This document shows positions 55,308 through 64,000 of a DNA stretch of 64,000 bases, in pieces (within the stretch, counting starts at the first letter, position 1; every line of letters starts with the position of its first letter). The stretch is from the IMG/VR virus record IMGVR_UViG_3300046820_001896; one strand, written 5' to 3'. Made by a program: the position numbers and the translations under genes. The notes beneath the pieces were generated by a model. The model had not been told where the DNA came from, ran no database searches, and saw only the letters and a program-made list of their open reading frames with translations. The DNA comes from a virus (Duplodnaviria; Heunggongvirae; Uroviricota; Caudoviricetes).

Positions 55308-56425
55308 GCACTATATTTTATAATAGTTATGATATCTTCGTAAATGAAGCATATCATGAAAAACGCAATCAAATTCCAGGTGGTCATGCATTTGGTGGTT
55401 ATTTTCAATTATTTTCTAGCAATATTACATCTATTGACAGAACGAATACATTTAGTATACCACTAAAGACTACTGTATTACCTCATCTTCAAATGCCAAA
55501 AATGAGAACATTCACTAAATCATTTAGTGATATTTGTGATGATAGAGCCATTGAATTGATGAATAAAGCTAAGACAGATAATCGTAAGATTGCGGTTATG
55601 TACAGCGGAGGAATTGATTCTACTGTTATTCTGTGTGCTTTATTAAAGAACTGCACAGAACAAGATTTAAAAAACCATGTAATTGTGCTTTTGACAGATC
55701 ATAGTATTTTAGAAAATCCTAATTTTTATAATGACTATATTATCAAAAAGTTTGAATGTGTTTCAAGTTATAGATTTCCATATTTCCTAGGGAATGATGA
55801 TTACATCGTAATTTCTGGTGAAAATGCAGATCAATTGTTTGGTTCACAAGTAGTTGCTAAATTTATTGCATATCGTTCGTTTGATTATTTGTTTACTCCA
55901 TTAGATCAAGCTGCTGGGGATATCATTGATTGGATGACTATGAAATTGCAAGATGAATATAAAAAATATGCGCCTTATTATTGGCAAATGTTTAGACATC
56001 TTTGCAATGCTGCTCCGATTCCTATTGATAACGTATATAAATTTTTCTGGTGGATTAACTTTACAAACAAATGGCAATCAGTATATGTTCGTATTTTACC
56101 ATACGCTAAAAATAGAAGTAATATTAAATTAGAAGATAATTACACTACGTTTTTCTGCCCGCAAGATTTCCAATTGTGGTCATTAAATAATCCAGATAAT
56201 CTAGTAAAAGAATCTTTAGATAATGTAAAATATATCGCAAAAGATTATATTTTAGATTTTAATGGAGATCAATCTTACTATAAAAAACCTAAGATTGGTA
56301 GCTTAACTAATATTGTGAAGCAAAAAGAAATTGTTATGTTATTAAATGATGATATGACATTTACAAATGACTACCCAGATAGTCAACACTGGAATGAAAC
56401 AAACACTTTTTCGGAGATGATGTAA
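55304..56425 (+). CDS. PP-loop ATP pyrophosphatase (adenine-nucleotide alpha-hydrolase; asparagine-synthetase-C-terminal-like)
   Basis: IAVMYSGGIDSTVILCAL matches the SGGxDS PP-loop. Confidence 0.55.
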   Translation: MSTIFYNSYDIFVNEAYHEKRNQIPGGHAFGGYFQLFSSNITSIDRTNTFSIPLKTTVLPHLQMPKMRTFTKSFSDICDDRAIELMNKAKTDNRKIAVMYSGGIDSTVILCALLKNCTEQDLKNHVIVLLTDHSILENPNFYNDYIIKKFECVSSYRFPYFLGNDDYIVISGENADQLFGSQVVAKFIAYRSFDYLFTPLDQAAGDIIDWMTMKLQDEYKKYAPYYWQMFRHLCNAAPIPIDNVYKFFWWINFTNKWQSVYVRILPYAKNRSNIKLEDNYTTFFCPQDFQLWSLNNPDNLVKESLDNVKYIAKDYILDFNGDQSYYKKPKIGSLTNIVKQKEIVMLLNDDMTFTNDYPDSQHWNETNTFSEMM

Positions 56426-57069
56426 TGATTATTGAAAACAAGATTGATGTGCTAGATACGATGTATCCTTGTTATGCTGAAAAAGTAGTAAATGCATTAT
56501 ATCACTCTAAAGCATATTGTACATTATATGGATATATTATGTCAGGAGAAGTTACATTTCCTAATGGAAGTGTAGCTGTAGAAGGGCAATATTTTTGTTA
56601 TTGGACTGGTGAAGGTGATTCTATTAGAACTACTGGTGAAGTTTACATATTCACACGCTTTGGATTCAAAGGACAAAACACCATTGGTGGTCCAATTGAA
56701 GAAAGCGGTCGTTTAGTTTATATAGATTCTTGTTCTGATAGTTTATTGGTGTATCCTCCTAGAATGGGAGATCCATCTTTAAACTTATTACAATTTCCTT
56801 CTGCTGTCAAACAATCGTATCATATCCATCCGAGCATTAGACTTGGAGTAGTTGTAAAAGGTAAAGGATATGCTTGTATCAAAAAAGCATATGAAGAAGA
56901 ACAAATTGAATTAAAGCCAGGTGTTATGTTCTGTATAGAAGAAAGAGAACAACATCGTTTTATGACAACATACGATGAAATGACAGTTATAGCATTCCAT
57001 CCAGACGGTGATTGGGGTCCAACTGATCATAATCACACAATGTTAAACAGAACATATATTACGAAATAA
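56425..57069 (+). CDS. cupin-fold protein (214 aa)
   Basis: YHIHPS...G..Y...E...H two-motif cupin pattern; HPDGDWGPTDHNH. Confidence 0.45.
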   Translation: MIIENKIDVLDTMYPCYAEKVVNALYHSKAYCTLYGYIMSGEVTFPNGSVAVEGQYFCYWTGEGDSIRTTGEVYIFTRFGFKGQNTIGGPIEESGRLVYIDSCSDSLLVYPPRMGDPSLNLLQFPSAVKQSYHIHPSIRLGVVVKGKGYACIKKAYEEEQIELKPGVMFCIEEREQHRFMTTYDEMTVIAFHPDGDWGPTDHNHTMLNRTYITK

Positions 57070-57081
57070 TCGGAGAAAAAT

Positions 57082-57441
57082 ATGGCAGCGCCAAATATCG
57101 TTAACGTTTCAAACATTACTGGAAAAACAGCTGTAATGTTTGTTACTACATCTGCGCAAGATCTTATCACAAATCCTGCATCTAGCAATAAAGTTTTAAA
57201 ACTAAATAGTTTGACTATTGCTAACGTTAACGGAACTGCAGCTGCATCTGTGACTGTTAGTATTTTTAGAAGTTCATCAGAGTATAAACTTGCACATACT
57301 GTTTTCGTTCCAGCAAATGCTACTTTAGTTGTAGTATCAAAGGATAGTGGAATTTATTTAGAAGAAGGCGATAGTTTACGCATTGTCGGATCAGCAAATA
57401 ATTATTTGCATGCAGTATGTGGATATGAGAGCATTAGTTAA
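57082..57441 (+). CDS. hypothetical virion-module protein (119 aa)
   Basis: ORF in the fibre module. Confidence 0.45.
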   Translation: MAAPNIVNVSNITGKTAVMFVTTSAQDLITNPASSNKVLKLNSLTIANVNGTAAASVTVSIFRSSSEYKLAHTVFVPANATLVVVSKDSGIYLEEGDSLRIVGSANNYLHAVCGYESIS

Positions 57442-58073
57442 TGTCTTTACGCAACAAAGGTAAAGCTGGTTATATTGGATACGACCGTGTTAGTAGTCCT
57501 GATGTTGGAAGCGGTATATGGAACTTAAACCAACATCACACAGCTGTATCTGATTATAGTTGGGCTGGTCAGTCTGTATACACAAACTATGATGGAAATT
57601 TAAATGGTTTTACTGTTAGCGGAGCTACTACTAGCAGTAATGCCATATATGTTCCAGGAAATAGTTATGCATATAGAGATATGATATCTCCGTTCACTAG
57701 TTTATTATTTAAAACAATGACTTTTGAAGTTTATATTAGCGGCGGAGTATGTGGTGTATTAATTGGAAGTTCTACTGCCGGTAGAGGACCTTTATTAAAA
57801 CTAGATGCACGTGGCGGCAGTAATTATAGCGGTATGATGTTCCAAACTTCTTGGACTGTTAGAGGTGATCCTCCAGTTACCGGTGTGCAATTACCAGCGA
57901 ATTCATGGGTACCTGTGCGACTAGAAGTTAATAATGCGATGCGTATTGACTGGTCTGCAAATAATAGGTATGATCGTCAACCTATTCTTTTATCTGGTCC
58001 ATTTATTACATTCCTTGGATTAGGCGGCGGCGGTTATTTTAGAAATATTAGAGTTTATAATGGTGTATCATAA
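57441..58073 (+). CDS. hypothetical beta-rich protein (210 aa); N-terminal GIWNLNQ motif shared with the next gene
   Basis: ATGA overlap. The shared motif is SGIWNLNQ here and NGIWHLKQ in the next gene. Confidence 0.45.
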   Translation: MSLRNKGKAGYIGYDRVSSPDVGSGIWNLNQHHTAVSDYSWAGQSVYTNYDGNLNGFTVSGATTSSNAIYVPGNSYAYRDMISPFTSLLFKTMTFEVYISGGVCGVLIGSSTAGRGPLLKLDARGGSNYSGMMFQTSWTVRGDPPVTGVQLPANSWVPVRLEVNNAMRIDWSANNRYDRQPILLSGPFITFLGLGGGGYFRNIRVYNGVS

Positions 58074-59266
58074 TGTATAACGGCGGAATATTTGGTAAAA
58101 AAAATTATCCAAACGTTTTTAATGCTAATGGTATATGGCATTTAAAACAAGTTGGGGATTTTATACATCGTGGTGAATGGTATTTTGCAAGAAGCGCAAC
58201 TGTTAATGCTACTTCATTTTTAGAAGGTGATACTATCACTGTTACAATTAATGCTCCAAGCTTACCAGACGGTACAAAACTATATTGGACTATTAATACT
58301 GTTTCAGGAACTATTCGTACAGATGATTTCGATAATCGTATTTTGAATGGTCCGCTTTCTATTATTAATGGAAAAGATACGACTAGTAGAAAATTAGAAA
58401 CAAGTAAACAAGGAGATGGTAATAGATCATTTACTATTGCTATTAGAACTGAATCTGTAGAAGGTCCAATTATTGCAACTACTCCTGTTTTAACACTAGA
58501 CGACGTAGCTCGTGGCGGTAATGCCATTTTTGATAGAGGTGGATATCGATATCATAAATTTACTTCTTCTGGTAATTTCCTTTGTAATCGTTCTCTCGGT
58601 TTAACTGTATTTGCAGTTGGCGGAGGCGGTGGCGGTGGCGGTAATGGTGGAGGTGGCGGCGGTGGCGGAGGTATCGTATATACAAATATCTCTGTTGGAG
58701 CTGGAACTTATTTTATTGGAATAGGTGGAGGAGGAAGCGCAGCTCCTAATGGTAGTGTACACGGAGGAAACGGTGGAGCTACCACATTTCAAGGATTTAT
58801 AACTGCTAATGGCGGTGGCGGTGGTGGCTCTCGAGACACAGATCGTAACGGTTATTATGGTGGTTCAGGTGGTGGTGGATCTAGTAATGGTGGAGGAGGT
58901 GGCGGTACTCCTGGCCAAGGTAATAATGGTGGTAATGGTATTATTGCTGGTTCTGGTGAAGTCCAATCTACTGGCGGTGGTGGCGGTGGATATGGCGGTG
59001 GTGGACAAAACGGTGCTGCTAAAGATGCTGGTAATGGTGGACCAGGAGGTGCATTTGATCCAACTGCCGACGGTACTGCAGAATATTATTCTGGCGGCGG
59101 AGGTGGAGGTAGAACTGTTTTCGGTACTACTGGTTCAAATGGTCAAGGGCAAGGTGTCAATAGAGGTGGAGGAGGTAAAGGCGGTTCTGGAGGATCGACT
59201 TCATTTGCTGCTCAAGCTGGAGACACAGGCTATTGTGTAATTCGTTATTTGATTCCGAGTAATTAA
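58073..59266 (+). CDS. glycine-rich protein (397 aa) with poly-Gly tracts; candidate receptor-binding adhesin
   Basis: GGGGGGGGNGGGGGGGGG and multiple GGxGG runs encoded by GGY repeats. Confidence 0.5.
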   Translation: MYNGGIFGKKNYPNVFNANGIWHLKQVGDFIHRGEWYFARSATVNATSFLEGDTITVTINAPSLPDGTKLYWTINTVSGTIRTDDFDNRILNGPLSIINGKDTTSRKLETSKQGDGNRSFTIAIRTESVEGPIIATTPVLTLDDVARGGNAIFDRGGYRYHKFTSSGNFLCNRSLGLTVFAVGGGGGGGGNGGGGGGGGGIVYTNISVGAGTYFIGIGGGGSAAPNGSVHGGNGGATTFQGFITANGGGGGGSRDTDRNGYYGGSGGGGSSNGGGGGGTPGQGNNGGNGIIAGSGEVQSTGGGGGGYGGGGQNGAAKDAGNGGPGGAFDPTADGTAEYYSGGGGGGRTVFGTTGSNGQGQGVNRGGGGKGGSGGSTSFAAQAGDTGYCVIRYLIPSN

Positions 59267-59267
59267 T

Positions 59268-59636
59268 ATGGCAACATACGCTCAAATAGATGAAAATGAT
59301 TTTGTAGTAAATGTTATAGTTGCTGAAGAAGAATTTATTGCTTCTTTACCTAATACTGCTGAATTTATACAAACATCCAGAAATACGTATGGAGGAGTAC
59401 ATGTATTAGGCAAAACTCCGCTTAGAAAAAATTATGCAGCTATTGGTTATTTTTACGATAGAAATAGAGATGCATTTATTCCGCCAAAGCTTTTTGATTC
59501 ATTCGTATTTAATGAAGATACATGTCAATGGGATCCTCCTATTCCATGTCCAAATAAAGATGGATACATGTATAAATGGAATGAAAATACAATCTCATGG
59601 ATAGAGCAATTAATTCCTCCAGATGATTCGGCGTAA
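59268..59636 (+). CDS. hypothetical protein (122 aa)
   Basis: ORF. Confidence 0.45.
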   Translation: MATYAQIDENDFVVNVIVAEEEFIASLPNTAEFIQTSRNTYGGVHVLGKTPLRKNYAAIGYFYDRNRDAFIPPKLFDSFVFNEDTCQWDPPIPCPNKDGYMYKWNENTISWIEQLIPPDDSA

Positions 59637-59647
59637 GCAGTAAATCA

Positions 59648-59655
59648 TATAAATA
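59648..59655 (+). promoter_or_regulatory. late promoter TATAAATA
   Basis: Exact match upstream of 59689. Confidence 0.5.
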
Positions 59656-59688
59656 AAGCCAGAATAACAATATTTTGGATTTGCATTA

Positions 59689-60027
59689 ATGTCTCAGTTA
59701 GTTAACCTAGTTATCGACCAAGGATCAGACTTCGTAGCCACGTTGGATATCGAAGATTCCATTGGTACTGCATTGGATTTAGCTCCATACACAGTGCGTG
59801 GTCAAATTAGAAAGACATACACTTCGCTTACAGCAACAGTAATTGGTTGCACAAAAACAGATAACAGAGGCGAAGTAAAATTAACGCTGACAAATGAACA
59901 AACGTCAGCTATGCGTGACGGTCGTTATGTGTATGATATTGAGATTGTCCATTCAATTTTAGGCACAGTAATTCGTGTTGTTGAAGGACAAGTAACAGTA
60001 ACTCCTAGAGCAACTCGACCAGCGTAA
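59689..60027 (+). CDS. hypothetical protein (112 aa)
   Basis: ORF after a late promoter. Confidence 0.4.
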   Translation: MSQLVNLVIDQGSDFVATLDIEDSIGTALDLAPYTVRGQIRKTYTSLTATVIGCTKTDNRGEVKLTLTNEQTSAMRDGRYVYDIEIVHSILGTVIRVVEGQVTVTPRATRPA

Positions 60028-60036
60028 GAGGCATAA

Positions 60037-60261
60037 ATGACAACATTAAGATCAAGAATTAAACTTGACACACCAGTCACAGTACGTACTTTTGCTCTTG
60101 GTATCACATCGTTAAATTTACTAGATTTAAATGACGTAGATTCCACTGAATTAGAAGATGGTGCGATGATGATATATGATGCTGATACTGCAAAATTCAA
60201 ACTAACAGCTACGATCGATCATCCTCGATCAAAAGTAAAAATCATCGGAGGAAAGTACTAA
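60037..60261 (+). CDS. hypothetical protein (74 aa)
   Basis: ORF. Confidence 0.35.
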   Translation: MTTLRSRIKLDTPVTVRTFALGITSLNLLDLNDVDSTELEDGAMMIYDADTAKFKLTATIDHPRSKVKIIGGKY

Positions 60262-60264
60262 ACC

Positions 60265-61656
60265 ATGGCAACGATTATTAAAATCAAAAACTCGGGCACA
60301 AGCGGCTCACCAAGTACGCTTGCAACAGGAGAGTTAGCCTATTCATATCTATCACAAGATTCTATTGAAGGTCTTGTTGTTGCCAATGGCGGTGATCGCT
60401 TATATATTGGTACTGGTGACGAAGTTGCTGGTGAAGCAACAAACATCGTACATATTGGCGGTAAGTATTATATGGATATGTTGGATCACCAAAACGGTGT
60501 TCTAACAGTTAATTCTGCAGTAATTACAGATTCTAACAATAAAGTAAATCAATTTAACGTTGATAACTTACGTTTAGATGCTAATACACTTTCTATCACA
60601 GAAACAAACGGTGATTTACGTTTAGCAGCTAATGGTACTGGTAAAATCCGTTTTGACTCTGACTTAGTATTAGACACATCTGCTGTTGATACTATCAGTT
60701 CTTCACGTGAAGATGGTAATATTTTTATTGCCCCAGGTTCTACTGGTTATGTTCAGTTCTCTTCACAAAACGCTATTCGTTTACCAGTAGGTAATACATC
60801 AACACGCGACTCATCACCTTTACAAGGTATGGTACGTTATAACACTACGGATGGTTGGTTTGAAGGTTATGACGGTACAGACTGGATTTCGTTAAATCGT
60901 TTAATTGATTCAGCATCTTCTGGTAATGATACAAAGATTACTGTTGAAAATGCAACAGGTGTAAACAATGATCAAATCCGTATGTGGACTGACGGTGTTG
61001 AACGTCAACGTGTTGAAGCAACTGGTGAAACAAAGTTCTCTGATGATTTAACAGCAGTATCTCCAGTTGGTACACAAATCAAGAACAATAGAATTTCTAC
61101 ATTCGGTTCTGACATTCTTTACCTTGATCCATCAACAGGTGTATCAAATACTGGTTCTGTTGTTATTGAAGGTAACTTAACTATCAAGGGTGTTACAACA
61201 ACAGTTTCAGCTGCATCAGCACAGTCAAATAATCCTACAATGATTTTAGGTTATCAATCTGATGCTGAAGGTGCAGAAACTGCAATGACTGCGCCTGATG
61301 GTCTTGATAAAGGTATTGAATTTAGATGGCACAATGGTACTGCAGCTAAATCAGGTTTCTTTGGTTATGATTCATCTGCAAAGCGCTTCACATTCATTGA
61401 AGATGCTACTAACTCAGACGATGCATTCTCTGGTACACCATCAGATGTACGTTTCGGTAATGCATTACTAACAGAACTATCATTCTCTGTATTCACAGCT
61501 AACTCAGTACCTTGGGTTGATGTGAACGGTGACACATCATTTATTACTGGCGATGATGCTAGCGTATATAATGGTGGTGACACAACTGGTCAAGTTTTAC
61601 AAATGAATTCATCTGGTCTTCCAGTATTCAGCCATATTGATTGTGGCACATATTAA
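60265..61656 (+). CDS. tail fibre-like protein (463 aa)
   Basis: N-terminal SGTSGSPSTLATGELAYSY anchor-type motif; Thr/Ser/Asn-rich beta repeats. Confidence 0.5.
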   Translation: MATIIKIKNSGTSGSPSTLATGELAYSYLSQDSIEGLVVANGGDRLYIGTGDEVAGEATNIVHIGGKYYMDMLDHQNGVLTVNSAVITDSNNKVNQFNVDNLRLDANTLSITETNGDLRLAANGTGKIRFDSDLVLDTSAVDTISSSREDGNIFIAPGSTGYVQFSSQNAIRLPVGNTSTRDSSPLQGMVRYNTTDGWFEGYDGTDWISLNRLIDSASSGNDTKITVENATGVNNDQIRMWTDGVERQRVEATGETKFSDDLTAVSPVGTQIKNNRISTFGSDILYLDPSTGVSNTGSVVIEGNLTIKGVTTTVSAASAQSNNPTMILGYQSDAEGAETAMTAPDGLDKGIEFRWHNGTAAKSGFFGYDSSAKRFTFIEDATNSDDAFSGTPSDVRFGNALLTELSFSVFTANSVPWVDVNGDTSFITGDDASVYNGGDTTGQVLQMNSSGLPVFSHIDCGTY

Positions 61657-61675
61657 TTAATTATAAGGATATATT

Positions 61676-61879
61676 ATGTCAGCTATTGAAGCGAGTCAAG
61701 ATTTTGTTAATAAGTTTGTAGAGAGACAACAACGAGCTATTGCGGATCTAATGAATAAAGTAATTTTATTAGAAACGCAATTAGCAGTTGCACAAGATAG
61801 AGTTAAAGCTTTAGAAGCTGTAGCTCAAAAAGAAGATAAAAAAGAAGACTTTAAGTCGTCAGAAATTAAAGAAGACTAA
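61676..61879 (+). CDS. small coiled-coil protein (67 aa)
   Basis: ORF. Confidence 0.35.
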   Translation: MSAIEASQDFVNKFVERQQRAIADLMNKVILLETQLAVAQDRVKALEAVAQKEDKKEDFKSSEIKED

Positions 61880-62349
61880 TGGCAACTAATGGTACAACAG
61901 TAACGCTAAAGAAGAATACTACACATGATGTAGAACCTACTTCTTTATATCAAGCTGAATTAGCAATTAATACAGCTGATGCAAAAATCTTCGCGCAACG
62001 TGATGATGGTGTTATTTTGTCCCAATCTATTGGTACAGTTCAAGCTAATTATTATGTAGCTAGTACTACTACATCAAATCAAGTTATTGATTCATTTGAT
62101 GCAACGATTTATCGTTCTGCAAAATATGTAGTACAGTGTACACATGCAACGCTAGGTTATCAAACAATTGAAATTTTAGTAATGCACGATGGTACAAATG
62201 TTTATATTACTCGTTATGGTTTAATGTTTACTGCTAATGAATTAGCAGAATTTAGTGTAGCTAAAGATGATGATCAAATACAACTCTTAGCAACACCAAC
62301 AAATACCAATACAACGTTTAAATTCACAAGAACCGTTGTTCAGGCATAA
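61879..62349 (+). CDS. virion structural protein (156 aa)
   Basis: N-terminal motif PTSLYQAELAINTAD is similar to the anchor motif of 60265. Confidence 0.45.
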   Translation: MATNGTTVTLKKNTTHDVEPTSLYQAELAINTADAKIFAQRDDGVILSQSIGTVQANYYVASTTTSNQVIDSFDATIYRSAKYVVQCTHATLGYQTIEILVMHDGTNVYITRYGLMFTANELAEFSVAKDDDQIQLLATPTNTNTTFKFTRTVVQA

Positions 62350-62350
62350 G

Positions 62351-62358
62351 TATAAATA
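62351..62358 (+). promoter_or_regulatory. late promoter TATAAATA
   Basis: Exact match upstream of 62365. Confidence 0.5.
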
Positions 62359-62364
62359 CAAGAT

Positions 62365-62646
62365 ATGGCAACAATTAATAAAGCATTCATCGTAAAAGAT
62401 AACTTAGTTATTGATCAAGCACCTGGTCGACAATTTGTCATTCCAGTTGGGCTTGACGCCGATAGACCAGGTGTTAATGGTTTACCTGAACCAATTCCTG
62501 GAACTATTCGTCTTAATGAAAATAGAGGCGTTGTAGAAATTTTTAATAGTTCTGAAGAATGGCAATCTGTTGCTTCTGCTGGTGATGCTGTCAACGCTCA
62601 AGGTGCTGAAGAAATTGCTTTAGTACAATCAATTATTTTTGGATAA
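62365..62646 (+). CDS. hypothetical protein (93 aa)
   Basis: ORF. Confidence 0.4.
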   Translation: MATINKAFIVKDNLVIDQAPGRQFVIPVGLDADRPGVNGLPEPIPGTIRLNENRGVVEIFNSSEEWQSVASAGDAVNAQGAEEIALVQSIIFG

Positions 62647-62649
62647 GAT

Positions 62650-62991
62650 ATGGCATCAGTAAGTAATATCACAAATAAAGTACTTAAGAATTTAGGTAAA
62701 GATGAACAAACATTGATTTCAACATCATCTGTTCAAAAAGGCGCATGCGTTGGTTTAAGTCTTGCTAATTTAACACAACAAGTTGTTAAAGCATCGGTAT
62801 TTGTTACCGATGCGACTGATGTTAAAGGTTACTATATTAAAGATTTAGAGATTGCTCCTAATAGTAGTGCACGAATTATTAACGGTGGTGAAAAGTTATT
62901 GCTAGCACCATCTAATTCTGTAAGCGTTGTATGTGATACGTGGGATGCATTAGATGTTGTATTCTCTCTTGTTGTTATTACATACTCATAA
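62650..62991 (+). CDS. hypothetical protein (113 aa)
   Basis: ORF. Confidence 0.4.
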   Translation: MASVSNITNKVLKNLGKDEQTLISTSSVQKGACVGLSLANLTQQVVKASVFVTDATDVKGYYIKDLEIAPNSSARIINGGEKLLLAPSNSVSVVCDTWDALDVVFSLVVITYS

Positions 62992-63000
62992 GGTTAATAT

Positions 63001-63798
63001 ATGACAACACCATACGTTTTAGGTCAATCAGTAGGAGATTTTGAAAATTCTCCTGGCGTATATCTTTTTGCTTTGCGCCGCACAGAAGAAGGTGATTTAT
63101 ATCTTCTTAAAGTAAATTTAAATGATCCAAATGATTCAGCACAATTATTTGGTGACGATATGCCTGCAGAATTTGCAGACTATACATTTCCTGGCGACGA
63201 CTATTTCGATGGTCGTGACGAAGCCAGATTATTAGAATATAGTACAGATGATGTAAAATATGAGCAATGGAAATGGGAAGATTCAATTAGATCTTACTAC
63301 ATTGACACGGAAGGTAATTTTGTATTAGTTACTGGTGAAAATATTGAATTGCCAGCAATCGAAGATATACAAATTCCAACTGGTCATGAACAAACGTTTG
63401 ATATTGTTGGAGAAAACTTCAATATTAATTTATACGATAAACTAATTTCAATGGGTTGGAATGGTTTATCTGAAGTAACTGTGAATATTACTGGTAATAT
63501 CGGTTCTACGAATCCAGTAAAACCTGCATTATTGATCACTAAACAATTTAAGAATGGTTTGACGATCATAAATACAGGTAATATCATAGGATGTAACGGC
63601 AATTTACAACACGATCCTGTAGATAATAGATATAATGGCGTTGCTATTGTAGTTGAAACTACAGTTGATTCATTTACAAACAGCGGACTTGTCAAGGCTG
63701 GCTCATTTAATAGAGCTTACGCTAATGTTTTCAGAGGATTTAATAATATTGATTCTTGGCAAAACAACGGTGGATCTTGGATAGGTTACGACGATTAA
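63001..63798 (+). CDS. hypothetical acidic structural-module protein (265 aa)
   Basis: ORF. Confidence 0.45.
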   Translation: MTTPYVLGQSVGDFENSPGVYLFALRRTEEGDLYLLKVNLNDPNDSAQLFGDDMPAEFADYTFPGDDYFDGRDEARLLEYSTDDVKYEQWKWEDSIRSYYIDTEGNFVLVTGENIELPAIEDIQIPTGHEQTFDIVGENFNINLYDKLISMGWNGLSEVTVNITGNIGSTNPVKPALLITKQFKNGLTIINTGNIIGCNGNLQHDPVDNRYNGVAIVVETTVDSFTNSGLVKAGSFNRAYANVFRGFNNIDSWQNNGGSWIGYDD

Positions 63799-63839
63799 TT
63801 TTAGAGCACTCAAACTGCAATATCAAAGGGAATAACAAA

Positions 63840-64000
63840 TGGCAGAGTTTAAACTAGGTAGACTTAAATTCGTATGGAAAGGTCAGTGGACTGCTTCTGC
63901 TACGTATGTAAAAGATGACATCGTTCGTCACGGTGGTAAATCTTATGTGTGCGTACAAGGACACGTTGCTGGTGGTACTCTATACTCAGATTCTGCCAAA
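63840..64000 (+). CDS. 5' end of a structural protein with CBM5/12-like motif (partial, runs off the window)
   Basis: WKGQWTASATYVKDDIVRHGGKSYVCVQGH fits W..W.....Y..GD.V...G..Y.C. Confidence 0.4.

Noticed and set aside
58809-59240. 143-aa alternative-frame ORF (Val/Leu-rich) within the glycine-rich gene
   Set aside because: It is an out-of-frame reading of the GGY repeats (GTG/GTT codons) with no independent start signal.
1-64000. Integrated prophage or mobile element boundaries (integrase, att sites, transposase)
   Set aside because: No integrase, transposase or direct-repeat boundaries were seen. The content is a contiguous virulent T4-like genome segment.

Overview
This 64 kb window is AT-rich, densely packed viral DNA from a T4-like (Tevenvirinae-type) myophage. 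Many genes overlap by ATGA junctions. The host cannot be determined from sequence alone.

Main blocks, in order:
- 1-2.9 kb: a tRNA island of about 13 genes (Met-CAU, Thr, Pro, Gly-GCC, Leu, Arg, Ile-like, Trp, Gly-UCC, Lys, His, plus two atypical tRNA-like elements), all with encoded CCA. A GroES-like gene sits inside it.
- 3-8.7 kb: an early region with an HNH endonuclease, a 2OG-Fe(II) oxygenase, a metallophosphoesterase, a PAAR protein and a GH19 endolysin.
- 9-16 kb: a minus-strand envelope module with a signal-peptide protein carrying eight Cys repeats, a Ser/Thr-rich secreted protein, membrane proteins, an SPFH lipoprotein and a GT25 glycosyltransferase.
- 18.3-20.5 kb: the replication/recombination trio gp59 and gp32 preceded by a gp33/dsbA-like ORF, with a SleB-like cell-wall hydrolase just upstream.
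- 21-29 kb: a run of small early ORFs, including a vWA protein and an AAA ATPase.
- 29.4-50.8 kb: a tail/baseplate module containing a gp29-like tape measure with a DUF3154-like 3TM protein, gp48/54-like, gp27, a gp5 spike without lysozyme domain, a separate GH19 tail lysin, gp25, gp6, wedge proteins and a 2118-aa giant protein.
- 51-64 kb: a fibre module.

The most unusual content sits inside the fibre module at 52.1-57.1 kb. An 18-Cys, Asn/Cys-repeat protein that ends in (CA)6 lies immediately after a tail-fibre gene. It is followed by a radical-SAM/SPASM enzyme, two small paralogous proteins, a PP-loop ATPase and a cupin. Together these look like a RiPP-like or protein-crosslinking maturation cassette acting on a fibre-tip adhesin.

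Two promoter classes are visible. About 10 promoters have a conserved ATGTACAA box exactly 16 nt upstream of a TG-extended TATAAT. Separately, T4-style TATAAATA late promoters precede the structural genes.
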